Origin: Psammoneis japonica
Lineage: Eukaryota
DNA length: 64,000 nt
Assembly: GCA_008632985.1 (NCBI GenBank)
Contig: QPGO01000021.1
Location: 310,001 to 374,000, forward strand
Reading direction: 5' to 3'
Under the pieces are notes generated by a model. The model saw only the letters and a list, made by a program, of their open reading frames with translations. It made no database searches and was not told the origin of the DNA. This document shows, one piece after another, positions 43,851 through 55,461 of this stretch (position 1 is its first letter; every line of letters begins with the position of its first letter). The position numbers were made by a program, and so were the translations under genes.

Positions 43851-45482
43851 TTACCGTTTCTTTCCTTTCTTCTTTTTGCCGCTGCTCTTTTTCTTTCTGG
43901 ATGGGGACCCAGATTTCTTCTTTTCGTCCAGTACCAACGCGGACAGTCCCGAAACACATTCTTCCAGTTCCAACCATGACGCCGACAGCTTTTCCTTTGG
44001 GGCACCCTTTTCGTGGGTGCTGCTGTGAGCTGTAGACATGAGCGCCTCGTGAACATTGTCCACAAAGGCGGTTTTAGACTTGGTGGTCTTGGCAAACAGA
44101 CAGTCACCAAAGTCGTTTGCTTTGCAAAAGACAACAATGTTAATATCCGCATCGTCATCATCATGTTGGTCGTTTGACTTGTCGTCTTGTACCCGCCGTG
44201 ATAGCGTGACATGCTCAAACACGGCTTGAACTCGTGTCAAAACCTCGTCAAACAAGTCCCTATTGCGCGCCGACACATTAATGGCCAAGAGGCCATCTTG
44301 TGGATCCAACAAGGACTTGAGTGTGTGAAGATAGGATTCCTCGACAAAGGCACCCGGTGGACAGGACATGCCTGCCGATCTGTCTTTAGAGTCCACATCC
44401 ACAACTATAAAACTTTGGCTCCCAGGAGGAATATAAATCTTGTCTTTGTTTTGCTCGTCTGTTAACGGCGTTGACGCATCGGCTTCTTGTGATCCTTGTG
44501 GAGGAGTTGGCTGTACATCCAAACCATTTCCTATTCGAACGACTGTCCCGTCCTGGTCTGCTGTAAAGCCAAAGTATTGTTCTGCAACCGTCACTATGGA
44601 TTCATCCACTTCCACAATGGTGAGTTGCACACAGGGCAAGAGTTGCTGCAAAAAATTAACCAGTCCAGCACCACCCAGCCCAATAACAAGACCCGACTGG
44701 TGTTTGTCACTTGTCGTTAAGGCGGGCGAGAAGGCTAGAATCCCAGCCACCATGTCCTTGTGGTAGGCAAAAGCCACAAAAGTCTTGTCTACGGTTACCT
44801 TCTTTTTGCCCTCGTGAACTTTCACCACGACTTCGGACTGAATCACAAAGGGATTATCCATAAAGTAAAGTCGTCGAACGTGTTGAGTGTTTTCTGCTAC
44901 AACCTGTTCAATAAGGTATTTTCCCGACAATTTAGTTTCACCCTCAGCCAAGACATGTCGAGAGCCAATACCGTTCAACGCGACAAAAGGAATCAGTGTG
45001 TTTGTTCGAGTCATGTACATTGACTTCATGGATGGCGTAAGAAAAGTTGCTCCTTGATTTAAAATTTGAGCGACATTGGCCAGTTCTTGTCGAATCTGTT
45101 CTTCTTGTTCAAAGACATGAGGCGGACGTCCCAGCGCTACCGCGATGAGTCGAATGCAGTGCGCGCTCGAGGCAATCGATTCCAAGCCATGACGAGTGGA
45201 AAAAATGTATTCAGTCTCTCGTCCTGCTGGTATAATAAAGACTGCTGTAATAAAATCGACTCTTGGTCCCGTTGGCATTCGATCCAGTACAGTTAGTCTG
45301 TAACGAAAGTTTTGTTTGGTTCTTGGTTCATCACTTTCGACATGCAAATGAAAAATGTCAAATCTGGACGTGTCAAAGACTTTGAAATCATGCACTCGAA
45401 TCGGAGGTTCCACATTCAATTCAATAGTTGCATCGTTCGTAGTACTGTCTTGATTTTTCTTTTCTGACGCCCTGCTTGTCAT
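43851..45482 (-). CDS. METTL13 (eEF1A N-terminal methyltransferase)-like protein, linker plus spermidine-synthase-like MTase domain
   Basis: FIIPAGRETEYIFST..GL, RRLYF...IQSE, VIGLGGAGL, VEVDE, VDVDSKD...MSCPP..F. Confidence 0.8.
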   Translation of the reverse strand: MTSRASEKKNQDSTTNDATIELNVEPPIRVHDFKVFDTSRFDIFHLHVESDEPRTKQNFRYRLTVLDRMPTGPRVDFITAVFIIPAGRETEYIFSTRHGLESIASSAHCIRLIAVALGRPPHVFEQEEQIRQELANVAQILNQGATFLTPSMKSMYMTRTNTLIPFVALNGIGSRHVLAEGETKLSGKYLIEQVVAENTQHVRRLYFMDNPFVIQSEVVVKVHEGKKKVTVDKTFVAFAYHKDMVAGILAFSPALTTSDKHQSGLVIGLGGAGLVNFLQQLLPCVQLTIVEVDESIVTVAEQYFGFTADQDGTVVRIGNGLDVQPTPPQGSQEADASTPLTDEQNKDKIYIPPGSQSFIVVDVDSKDRSAGMSCPPGAFVEESYLHTLKSLLDPQDGLLAINVSARNRDLFDEVLTRVQAVFEHVTLSRRVQDDKSNDQHDDDDADINIVVFCKANDFGDCLFAKTTKSKTAFVDNVHEALMSTAHSSTHEKGAPKEKLSASWLELEECVSGLSALVLDEKKKSGSPSRKKKSSGKKKKGKKR

Positions 45483-45629
45483 GGTCAATGCCCATAACTT
45501 TCTCTTGCCCTCTCTGCTCTTTGTTACCGTACTGATTTCGTTGGCTCGCCATTGGCTCGCTGCGTTCTGGGTTCTGGTTCGTTGCAGATGTCAAATCAGT
45601 AGTAGACTCGTGTGCTTCTGTGCGCGCCC

Positions 45630-45758
45630 TGAGAGCTCTCTCTACTGCCGGTGCTAGCTAGAGAGTAGAGGCCTCTCTACTCTAGAGAGCCACTAGAGAG
45701 TAGCCATTGCCATCTCTCTACTCTCTACTAGCAGTAGAGCTAGCTACTTCTAGTAGCT

Positions 45759-45792
<34 letters not shown>

Positions 45793-45943
45793 CAGCAGAA
45801 CAGAGCAGCCAGTCTCTCTCTCCAGTGCCAGAGCAGAGAGAGCCATGCTCCAGCCAGCTGGCGGCAGCTCCACTCCAGCCAGAGCATGCATCGCATGTGC
45901 TGAGAACAGCCTCTCCACTCTCTAGCCACTGGGAGAGCAGCTC

Positions 45944-45980
<37 letters not shown>
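45630..45980. repeat. Low-complexity AG/CT region with two (GA)n microsatellites
   Basis: (GA)n at about 45762-45790 and 45949-45977, embedded in ctctctac/gagagtag/ctag-rich text. Confidence 0.85.
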
Positions 45981-46079
45981 CTAATCTGAATCGTCGGTGC
46001 AGAGCAAAGTGGCCACCGCAGTTCGAAGAGGGGTGGCAGCGCATTGACTTGACGACGAAAAGGACAAGCATTAGCTTGC

Positions 46080-48400
46080 ACTTTGCGCCACCTAAACAAC
46101 GGAGAAAATGCTGCTAAGAAATGCTGTTTTTATTCCGGTTGAACCATTTTTCTTCTGTTCTTCGGAAACTGCATCAGCAGCAGGCATGACTCGGACGACG
46201 CTCGTCCGTGTTGTGCAATCTCTGGACCAACAGTCCAACCATTGTCTCGGATCTTGTGGGAGATTGTGACTCTCAAACCCCCCACTTCATGCTGCCAATG
46301 TTCATTGACCAAGTTCCAAACAAAGTGTTTGCAGTTTCGATGCAAACAGTTGCAGTCTCGTCCATGGTGGTTGCTCCTCTCCACGAACGCCCAATGGTTG
46401 ATGGCACCAATGCAGGCATTGCAACAGCGGTGAACACCGCACCACAGCTCGTGACCCCATGAATCACTGCAATGATGATTGGGTGAACCATCTGGCATGT
46501 GACATCCAGCTGCACTGCTTGGGCCATGCTCCAACATGTGTGCAGTGCCACTGCTCAGTGAGAGAACAATGAAAGAGTGAGTGTTTGAATGGAAATTGCA
46601 GCCGGGCCACAAACAATCCACCATGCTCCTGTTGTGCACACGATGACCAACACCACTTTCTTGTGCCAATTCATTTTGTCTTTGCTTGCTGTTGTTGATG
46701 CAGAATGCTGTTTGACTGAGTCTCTGGCTCTGGATTTGTTGTGGGTTGTTGGTGCAAAAAAATTGGTCGCGAGTTGCGATTTCAATTCGTGCTTCGCTTT
46801 TTTGACACACGCATTCCGTCAGTCGTGATGCATGAACTTTGGTTGTGTCCACACACAAGGTTGTCACATGCACACAAATTGGACATTCATCTGCACAGTG
46901 GCAGGCAAACTTGACTTCACCCATCACACTGGCAAACCAACCATGGGCAATTTGTCTTCCACAGAAATGCCAAAGCGGCATCCCGTCCATGCAATGAATG
47001 CTGCTGCAAAACTCATCTAATGGCGACCCCGTCTGGCACCAGAAACACTCCAGATTGAAGTGGCAGATGAATCTCCTTCCAGCACTGATTGAAGAAATCA
47101 GGCCGAGCAAACAGACAGGTGATTTCACTTGCTGGCTTTTGTTCATGATGCACTTTCATTCTCAGTTCCATGCCCCCCGTCAATGGCAGCACAAATGTCG
47201 CACATTCCAGTGCTGCAGCAAAAGTGAGTTGGCTCATTTGCTCCACTTGGCGCCATTTGGAGGAAAGCCACACACTGGAGCAAATGATGAAAAACACATG
47301 CTTTGGTTGCATGAGCCAAAACAAAACATTGCTGAAAAGGTGCCTCATGAGGTGTGCAAGAACTGTCATGATGGTTTGATGCTGGTGGATGGAAAGCCAC
47401 ATTTTTCAGCAGCTGGCAAAATTAGTTTGGAAATCATCCTGGACAATTTCTTCTGCTGCTGGACCCAGACTCCAAGCCAAGCAATGAGAGGATGCTGCTG
47501 TGGGCTGGGTGACTCATGGGGGTCATCTCATGTCTCATGGAGGCAGGCTGGTGAGGAACAGATGAGAGGCCAAGGATGGAGGGCAGATGGGTGCAATTAG
47601 ATCCCAAACATGACCAGTCCACACATCATTTCCTCAGCAGTCAGCATCAGAGGAGGGGTTGCAACTGTGGTCCACTGCAGCAACAGGGTCGGGCTGTCAT
47701 GTCTCACACTGCAAAATTTCTCACCACATGCTCAACCTGGCTGCTTGGACACACAGTGCTGGCTGGGTGTCCTCTTTTTGGTCCAGGCTGCATTGCTGCA
47801 GACCTTCAGACTTGCATGTCTGGGTTCCCACCCAGCCATCACTTCTGCAGTGCAATGGTGCAACTGCTGTTGCACATTGCACGCCTCAGACATCTCGTGC
47901 TGTGGGCCGACTCTGCTGTTGCACATCATCAAGGTGCTGACCTGCCAAGGTGGTGTTCTGGAATCCCAAGGGATTTTCTCCAAGGTGTGTCACACACATG
48001 GGTGGGAAGTTGCATTTTGCCACTGATTGCTGATGTTGGCTGAAAAGTTGGGTGGGAGCTTTGGGTGTGTGACCCAACGAGAGTTTCAGTGCGCAGGCAT
48101 TGTCGCGGGGATGTCAATCCTGCTGGAGCAGGTGCAACTTTGGCTCCAGAAAGCTTGATGACACCAGTGAAAAAACAGCTGCACTTCAAAGCTGGAGATG
48201 AGGTGAGTGGGTGCATGATCCACAGAGGGGCACAAGGGAAGCTGCAGCGGGAGAAAGAGCACTGGGGCACATGACCTGTTTTGCAGTGTTGGTGAATGTC
48301 TGTGCACATGTGACCCCCTGTGTTGGCAGGGCTGAAAAGGGAAAACCGATGCTCACAACTCTCTCTTGCCTCTATGCCTCCTCCACTGTTGCCCATTGCC
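46080..48400. other. TpA/CpG-depleted island, unclassified decayed element
   Basis: Near-absence of TA and many Tyr-free pseudo-ORFs. No diagnostic motif recognised. Confidence 0.5.
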
Positions 48401-48429
48401 AGTGTGAGGCTGATGGTTGTAGGTTACAG

Positions 48430-48656
48430 TGGTTGGCGGCAGAAGTCAAATCAGCAGTAGCCTCGTGTGCTTTCAACAATGATGACGTGGCACGCACTCC
48501 TCGCGCGCGCAGACGCAGAAGTTTGAAGCGGTTTGCGGTTTCCAGATTGACAATGATCATTTGATGTTGATTGTGTTGTTGATAGGCCGCAAGTACTCTG
48601 TTACGGCAAGATCATTCTTCTAGCCTCAGTCCTCAGTCATTGTGCACACTGTCGAG
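48430..48656 (+). repeat. About 230-250 bp dispersed duplication, copy 1
   Basis: Shares tggttggcggcagaagtcaaatcagcagtagcctcgtgtgct...ctagcctcagt..cattgtgc with 54216-54469. Confidence 0.85.
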
Positions 48657-50276
48657 TTTAAACGCGACGTAACAGCAACAGTTGCAGTTCACAGCGGCGT
48701 CAACGACACTTCAACAGCAAGAAGAAAGAACGGGACAACAATGTTGATGTGAGCCTATCTCGTTCAGTGTCGATTCCAACAGCGCAAGAAGTGGAAACAA
48801 ATTGTGAAGATTGTAACCTTGCTGAAAAAGAAAGAGCACAAAAACAACTAAAGAAGGCACCGCTGCATGAGGACTGTTCGGCGCCACTCTCGTTTCTTGA
48901 AGACGCTCTCGCAAGGCCGCACAGTCGGACAGTTCCTTTTATCTGACGGATGTCGGGGAAGTCTTTGGATTGGTGAAGGAGGCATGCGCCCGTCAGCATC
49001 ACGAGGATGTCATGCAGAAGGCAAAAGACGTTTTGCACTCAGACACCGAGAATGAGAAGCAGCTGTTCTTGTGGTCTTGGAAAATCGACCTTTGTGGCAT
49101 GTGGTCTTGTGCGTCTTAGGGGTCGTTTTGGAAAAGGAAAAATGCTTCTCTGTCGTGCCAAAAAGGATTCCAAGAACCAACTCAAGGAGCACATGACGAC
49201 CACTGCTGGTCCAATCATCATGGATGGTTGCTCGCTACCGCTCAATCTTGAGAATTGTAACGCCACTATTCTCATGGCTGCGTTGTCAAGTCTGTACATC
49301 AAGAATATTGAAGATGCTGTGATTATCGGTCGTCGCAGATGCTACACGATTCCAGCTCTCACAGAGGAAGAAGGAAGAAGCATTCGGAACCGGCTTTGCC
49401 ATTGGGGTCGACCAAGAGATTGTGATAGCAAACCAATTGCTTATGGGTAGTATTGATCGTTATCTATTCCAACCAGATATTGCCATGAAACAAGTTAAGC
49501 ATACCGTGAGCCAGGTTGACGCTTTCTCCATCACAAAGATGGTGTCAATGCAAATATCAAACAAGCGCACCAGTCTATTTTTTGGTGTACGCACTTGTTC
49601 TTTGCAAAGTGAAGATTGTGTACGGCGAAGGATATGAAGACATCTCCCGATTCGAGCTCGTATCCCGCTATGCCGAGCGCCTGGTTGCCAATCAAACTTG
49701 CCGTGGAATCTGCAGCGGCGTTGAAAGCCGCGAGGCAAAGTTTGGCCCATTGTCTGACGCAGAAGGGTATACTGGAGCTCTCTTCGAGGAGGTCGAGGAG
49801 TATGCCATTCGAACTTTACAGGTTGATGGTTCCTTTACCATGCGAAACCTGCGTAACAATACAAGCTCTCCACACGGCCAACCACAACAAACTTCCCAAT
49901 GCAGCTACGCTCTTCAAACGACAATTAGTCCTCGGTCTTAACTTTTCCCGCGGTTCTTCTGATAATGATCTATGATGTTCTGCCACTTCCGACACCAAGA
50001 CGGTCAAAGGCACGAAATTCAATTTTGCTGTGGTATTTATCCGTATCCGGCTCGTCTACCGTCATGAGCCGTAGACCGCCACAAATTATCACAGACGCTC
50101 GCCATGGCACTCGGCCACGAAAATGTGAGCTCGCAATTTGGACCATGCCACCTTTGCGCAAGAACTCGCATTTCAGAGACTTGAAATATCAGGTGAATGT
50201 AACAGCATTTAAGTTTACAAGGTACATACCGGTACTAAATTTGATCCGTCGTTTGTAACATGGATACCTCCAAAAC

Positions 50277-51374
50277 CTAATGGCGATGCATCTCGGCACG
50301 AATTTCATCCTGAGGGAGATCCTTGTCGTAGATGCGAACCGTGTCCATGTATCCTCTAAGGAAGTGCCTATCTGATGCCCGGGTCTCTCCTAATTCGGAG
50401 CCTACGTTAAAGGGCGCCTCATTTTTACAATAGTCTCCGGGGCTTGTGATGTCCCCCTCTACGTCCAACTCTCCGTTGATATAAACCTTCATTGTATTTT
50501 GGTCATTGGTTACAGCAACGTGGGTCCACGTCTCAGTTGGAATTGGGTTGATACCTTTCAACTGGAAATTGTCGTTCTTGGTGCAGCCACCAAATTTGCC
50601 CCCCGCCCTGAGTGTATGATATTGCTTGTGAATGCCGAACCAAAGAGCTCCGGTTTTCTGGATAAGAGCATAATTATTGTCATCGGCTCTGGAATTATCA
50701 GAGTACCGAACCCATGCCATGAAGGTGTACTTCTTCATGTTCAAATCTTTCGACTCTGGGATTATCATGTGATCATCCCTTCCATCAAGGGAGGCGCCAT
50801 ATCTCGAGTAGCCTAAACTGGTGTAATAAATCCTACCTCTCCCTGCTGTCGAGCCATCCCATCCGTTCATTCCTGAGTCTTTGTAGAGGGTGCTTGAACT
50901 GTCGAAGCGGTATTCGAGCAGTGGTCCATCGCACGGCTTGAGGCCCGGGACACTGATGGACTTAGAGAACTCCACGCGGTTCTTACCAACATAGAGGGGA
51001 ATGTCTTCCGGCGACTTGACGGTCAAACATCCACTCCCGTCGCTCTTGATAAGGAAATTGAATCCATCCTTCTTCTTCCTCGGAACATTGATGATGAAGT
51101 CCTTGTTCAACTCAATCCCATCGGCCTTCTTGCCGATCGCAATGTCGGATGTATCCGCCACTAGGCTGGCATTGACTGCCACAGGCTGTCTCCCACCAGC
51201 CGCTTCCAAGTACCACTGATCGGAAAAACACTTCCGCCACAGGAAAACAGCCCTGTCCTTCCGCTTGTTGTATGATGGTTCACCACACGTCGGCACTTCG
51301 TTCGCGACAGCGCGCTCAGCTCCAATCCAAAGCAGAGTGGAAAGAACTAGGAGGCAACTGCGAATCGTTTTCAT
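50277..51374 (-). CDS. Secreted LamG-like/concanavalin-A-like jelly-roll protein
   Basis: Signal peptide. YTFMAWV, WTHVAVT...MKVYING, GYMDTVRIYDKDL. Confidence 0.85.
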   Translation of the reverse strand: MKTIRSCLLVLSTLLWIGAERAVANEVPTCGEPSYNKRKDRAVFLWRKCFSDQWYLEAAGGRQPVAVNASLVADTSDIAIGKKADGIELNKDFIINVPRKKKDGFNFLIKSDGSGCLTVKSPEDIPLYVGKNRVEFSKSISVPGLKPCDGPLLEYRFDSSSTLYKDSGMNGWDGSTAGRGRIYYTSLGYSRYGASLDGRDDHMIIPESKDLNMKKYTFMAWVRYSDNSRADDNNYALIQKTGALWFGIHKQYHTLRAGGKFGGCTKNDNFQLKGINPIPTETWTHVAVTNDQNTMKVYINGELDVEGDITSPGDYCKNEAPFNVGSELGETRASDRHFLRGYMDTVRIYDKDLPQDEIRAEMHRH

Positions 51375-51899
51375 CTTGTCTCGTGCGTTTCACGCTTTGA
51401 ATTTTATGAGAGAGTTTTGAAACCAAGCTGAGAACGATTTTTGTAGAACATTGCTAAAGTTCTACAATTTGGTTTCATATCTGGGGACTTGCCAGCGGTG
51501 CTACACTTGTGTCTTGTGTTCTGTTTTTCTACATAACGAGTGCAGGTAAAGCTGGAAAACCATGCTTGACTAATGCCACTGTATTTATCATGTTCTTTGG
51601 CTGTGAGTGCAGTGTGCAAGAAAACATGCCGCTTTGCGTGATCAGTGTCTTCTTCGCAGTTCGCGGTTCGTTTCGCAGCAGTTCGCGGTTCGATATCATT
51701 TATCGTTTCTCTTTTCCCTGCAGTTCGCTGTTCGTTATTTACAGTATTTCGCAGCAGTTTCAGTTCGCGGTTTATTTCGTATTCGTGATCGTGACGTCCA
51801 GCGAGTTTTTGCTTGCTTGTTACTTGCGCTAACGTGCGATGACCGATGACCCATCACCTCGATCGTGTAATTCGACGAGTCGAAGTAATGACCCGCCCT

Positions 51900-54100
51900 C
51901 CAACCGCTCCAAGGGTCAGTCTCACCTCCCAAACAACATCAACGCGCTGCACACATTCTTTTGAAGAGCAACCAAGAGCAACAGCCACAGCAGATGGTTT
52001 TAATGTGCTGTCATCACAGCAAAGGGCACCATCTGCTGCTCTTGTTGCTGAGTCTCATTTTTGCAAAAAGCAACAAGCTGCCTGCGCAACATGAGCAGTG
52101 CTCAGCAGCAGCTGGCAGCAGGCAGGGAGCAGCCCAACAGAGCTCACCTGGACCCAGCGATGTGCCACCACCTCAGGCACCACTGCCTGAGCCCACGGTG
52201 CAAGTGAACCCCCGCCACCTCTGCAAGCAGCCACCCCACACTGCCAGAGCCGCTGGTTGCAGCGCTGGGAGGGGCTTGGGCAGTCTGGCATTTCTCTGCT
52301 TGCTGCTGGAGGAGCACCAGCAAAGACAGCACCCTCAGTCATGAGAAGTTGTCAAGGTTGTCACACCACAGTAGCACAAAGGATCTGCACAACAAGGATT
52401 GCATCATCAAGCCAACATGCAGGATTTCATGGCACCGGCTCAAGAGCAGCTGGGGCATGGCCCAGGGGTGCAGCAAGGGCAAGAGGTGGCAACGTTGAGC
52501 CATGACTTGCCAATGGCCATAACTGTGCACTGCTGCGCCCAAAATGCAGCACAGACAAAGGCCAGGTGCAGGTGTTGCATGCACCAGGTGCCCCCCCCCC
52601 CCCCCCCCACCTGCTGCCTGGCTGTGCCTGGCTGTGCCTGTCACGCACAAAGTCAGCAGCCACAGCCAACGTGTTTGTGGGTGGAGATTTTGCCTTCCAC
52701 CCCAACTGCCAGCATCCACCAGATGAAACCCAAAGATGCCTGGATTGTCCCTGCCCTCCAGCTTTGAGCCACCCACCTGCCCAGCGTGCGCATCATGCCC
52801 TCTGTGGCTGCTTTGCACTGTGGGTGGAGCCAGAAAGCCCTGCCACCCCAGCTTGAGCTTGGGAATGTGCCTTGTTGCATTTACTGGCAAAGCTGTTTCA
52901 GTCCATTGCGGCAGCTTTTGAGCATCTCTGCTCTGGTTTCCTTGCTCTCTTTTGCTCTTTTGAAAAACAGCGAAAAGCTGAAAGCCAGCAACAGCTGCAG
53001 CTGGTGGCTTTGATGCTGCCCCACCCATTCCATCCTCTGGCCTTGCCACTCCTGCTTCTTGGGAGCACACTTGGCTGGCAGCCAGCTCTGTCAGCAAAGT
53101 GTTGCCAAATGGCAATCCGACTTCATTGCGACTGGGTTTTGGCTCTGCCCCAAGCAATCGACCATTTTGCAGTCGACACCACAGTGTGTGGCTTTCTTGA
53201 TGCATGCCCTGTTTCAGCCCATGGCATCTGTTGCTGTTGGCTTGATCTGACACTTGCAGAGCAATGGGCCAGCACAATCTTCCCATTGCTTGAAAGGACA
53301 TCTGTGGCACCAATCTAAGAGGGTGGAGTGCATGACCCCCTGATGCAAAGATGGGTGCTGCCCTCGCTGTCTCATGATGCTCATTTGCATGTGGACAAAA
53401 AAAACTTTTGAGCATGGCTTTTGCCACTCACCTGCCAACAGCACCAGCATCATGTGCAGCATGGCCTTGGCCTTTGGCCTCATTGCCAAGCACAATCCAC
53501 CGCTGCTGCAAAAGGAGAGCGAAATGAGCACAGATTTGCACTTGTGTGCACCTGCCACTCTGATGTCCACCACCATGTCTGCTGTTCTCCCCTGCCAGCA
53601 AGTGCAGAAGACCCCTTTGCATCATGTTGTTCATTCTGCTGATGCACCAGGTGAGTTTGCAAACAAAACAAAGAGCCGAACGGCCCCTCTTCACTCAGCT
53701 GCCACTGAGGGGATTCCAGCACTTGAGAGGAGGAGGACAATCACCAGGTTTGTTGTTTTCTTGTTAAAGAGCACTCAGTCAGTGCCCTGGCTGGCTCCAA
53801 CTTCCATGGTTCAGCCAAGAATGGCTGCTGTGCAGTTTGGTCTTGGGAATGGGGGGCGGGGCAGCAGAAGCAAGGTTTTTTGCAGTGCCGTCCTTTCTTG
53901 CACCACGCTCTTCCTTCATGCCACAACTGTCAACTGTGTGTTTCTCAATCTTCTCACAGCAAGAATCAGGGCACACCCACCTTTCAACTTGTGAGGTCTC
54001 GGAAACGCGCACATGACACCATGAGGAGGTCGTCTCTTCTGGAAGCAGTGGCGGATTGCTGGTGGTTCTGATCAAAGGACACTCAACATTTAAAATTTAG
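51900..54100. other. TpA/CpG-depleted island, unclassified decayed element
   Basis: Near-absence of TA and CG, C18 tract at 52591-52608, preceded by cagttcgcggtt repeats. Confidence 0.5.
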
Positions 54101-54215
54101 ATCAATGTGTGTGTAAAAAGGATGAACTTTGGCAACAGAATTTCAAAAGATGATGCGGCGGCAGCACGCGTTGATTGTTGCTGGTTTGGGGGTTATTGCT
54201 GATGGCATAATTACA

Positions 54216-54469
54216 TGGTTGGCGGCAGAAGTCAAATCAGCAGTAGCCTCGTGTGCTCTCAGTAATGATGACGTGGCACGCATAGGCACGCGTTTCTCGC
54301 CGCGCGCAGAAGCAGAAGTTCGGAGCGAGCTCAGAGCTGGCAGATACACGTACACGTAGCGTGACAATGATCGTTGATGTTTTGATGGGCCACAAGTAGC
54401 TCTGTTGCCGAAAGAGCATTCTTATCTTCTAGCTAGCCTCAGTTCTCAGCCATTGTGCGGATTGTCGAA
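54216..54469 (+). repeat. About 230-250 bp dispersed duplication, copy 2 (directly upstream of the 54493 gene)
   Basis: Aligns to 48430-48656. Confidence 0.85.
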
Positions 54470-54492
54470 TTCATCCTTGTCCATTTTCTGTC

Positions 54493-55461
54493 ATGGGAAG
54501 TTCCAGAAGCAAGCGCAAAGCTGATGATCATCCTCTGCCATCATCCGTGCAGCCTCGAAACAAGAAGCAAGAGCTGGACGACTGCAGCAGCTCGCAGAAA
54601 TCGCAGCTCGACCCACTGCTCTACAATGCTCTCAGCATTACGTTGCAGCAGCAGACCGTGCTGCACTGGCGCGACGCAATGGCTCTTGGTGGTGCCTGTA
54701 AGGAAACTTACAAAATGTGGAAGGATCAACATGAAGAAGCGTACATGTCACCGCTATTGAAGCTGTTGGAAAGCATGTTGGGAACCCAAGAAGATGGCGA
54801 AGACGACGACTACGACTATGACTCGCTTCGTACTGATTTACACAAGGACTACGAATCTTTCTCTACAGCAAATAAGTGCAAAGAAATGGTCCTTCTATTA
54901 CAGCGCTATGTCAGGAATATGCACAAGTATTGTTTGGTGGATCTCTCCAATCCGACCGCGAAAAACAGCAAATGTGACCCGACCGAGTGGTCAATGGGTT
55001 TTAGATTCGAGATGGAGACAATATTTCTGCATGAGCATCCCCGTCGCTCGACTTTGGCGTTGCAAATTGCCATCTTTGGTTACGCCTTGAGCGCACTGGA
55101 AGAAGGAGGCCACTACTATTTCAACGACGTCTTTCGTGGTGTCGCCCACAGTTTCCTCGGTGGTGGAACCGGCTATGATTGCACCATTTGCCATTCTCTA
55201 TCCTTGATGTTTCCTTTTCGTGACGAGGACTTGGTAACGTTCTTGCGTAAATTGTACCCCAGTGCCAATGAGTTGGGTCTTCTTGGTCCTTTGGTAAACA
55301 AAGTTGTTTTGGCTGCGCCGTTCTTCAAGTGGGTTCCTCCCTGCGATGGCGACAATGATGGGGCCTGGTTCGACCTACCTTTAGAAACAATGAATGAAGC
55401 CATTATACATGAATACGGAATGCAGCAATACTTGGCTCCTCATTGCGGAATTGACTACTAG
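54493..55461 (+). CDS. Hypothetical protein (basic N-terminus, possible NLS)
   Basis: 322-aa intact ORF with normal composition and Tyr content. Confidence 0.7.
   Translation: MGSSRSKRKADDHPLPSSVQPRNKKQELDDCSSSQKSQLDPLLYNALSITLQQQTVLHWRDAMALGGACKETYKMWKDQHEEAYMSPLLKLLESMLGTQEDGEDDDYDYDSLRTDLHKDYESFSTANKCKEMVLLLQRYVRNMHKYCLVDLSNPTAKNSKCDPTEWSMGFRFEMETIFLHEHPRRSTLALQIAIFGYALSALEEGGHYYFNDVFRGVAHSFLGGGTGYDCTICHSLSLMFPFRDEDLVTFLRKLYPSANELGLLGPLVNKVVLAAPFFKWVPPCDGDNDGAWFDLPLETMNEAIIHEYGMQQYLAPHCGIDY

Noticed and set aside
48700..49975. Protein-coding gene downstream of duplication copy 1
   Set aside because: Only short discontinuous ORFs, and I could not build a consistent spliced model or recognise a domain. 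Possibly a pseudogene.
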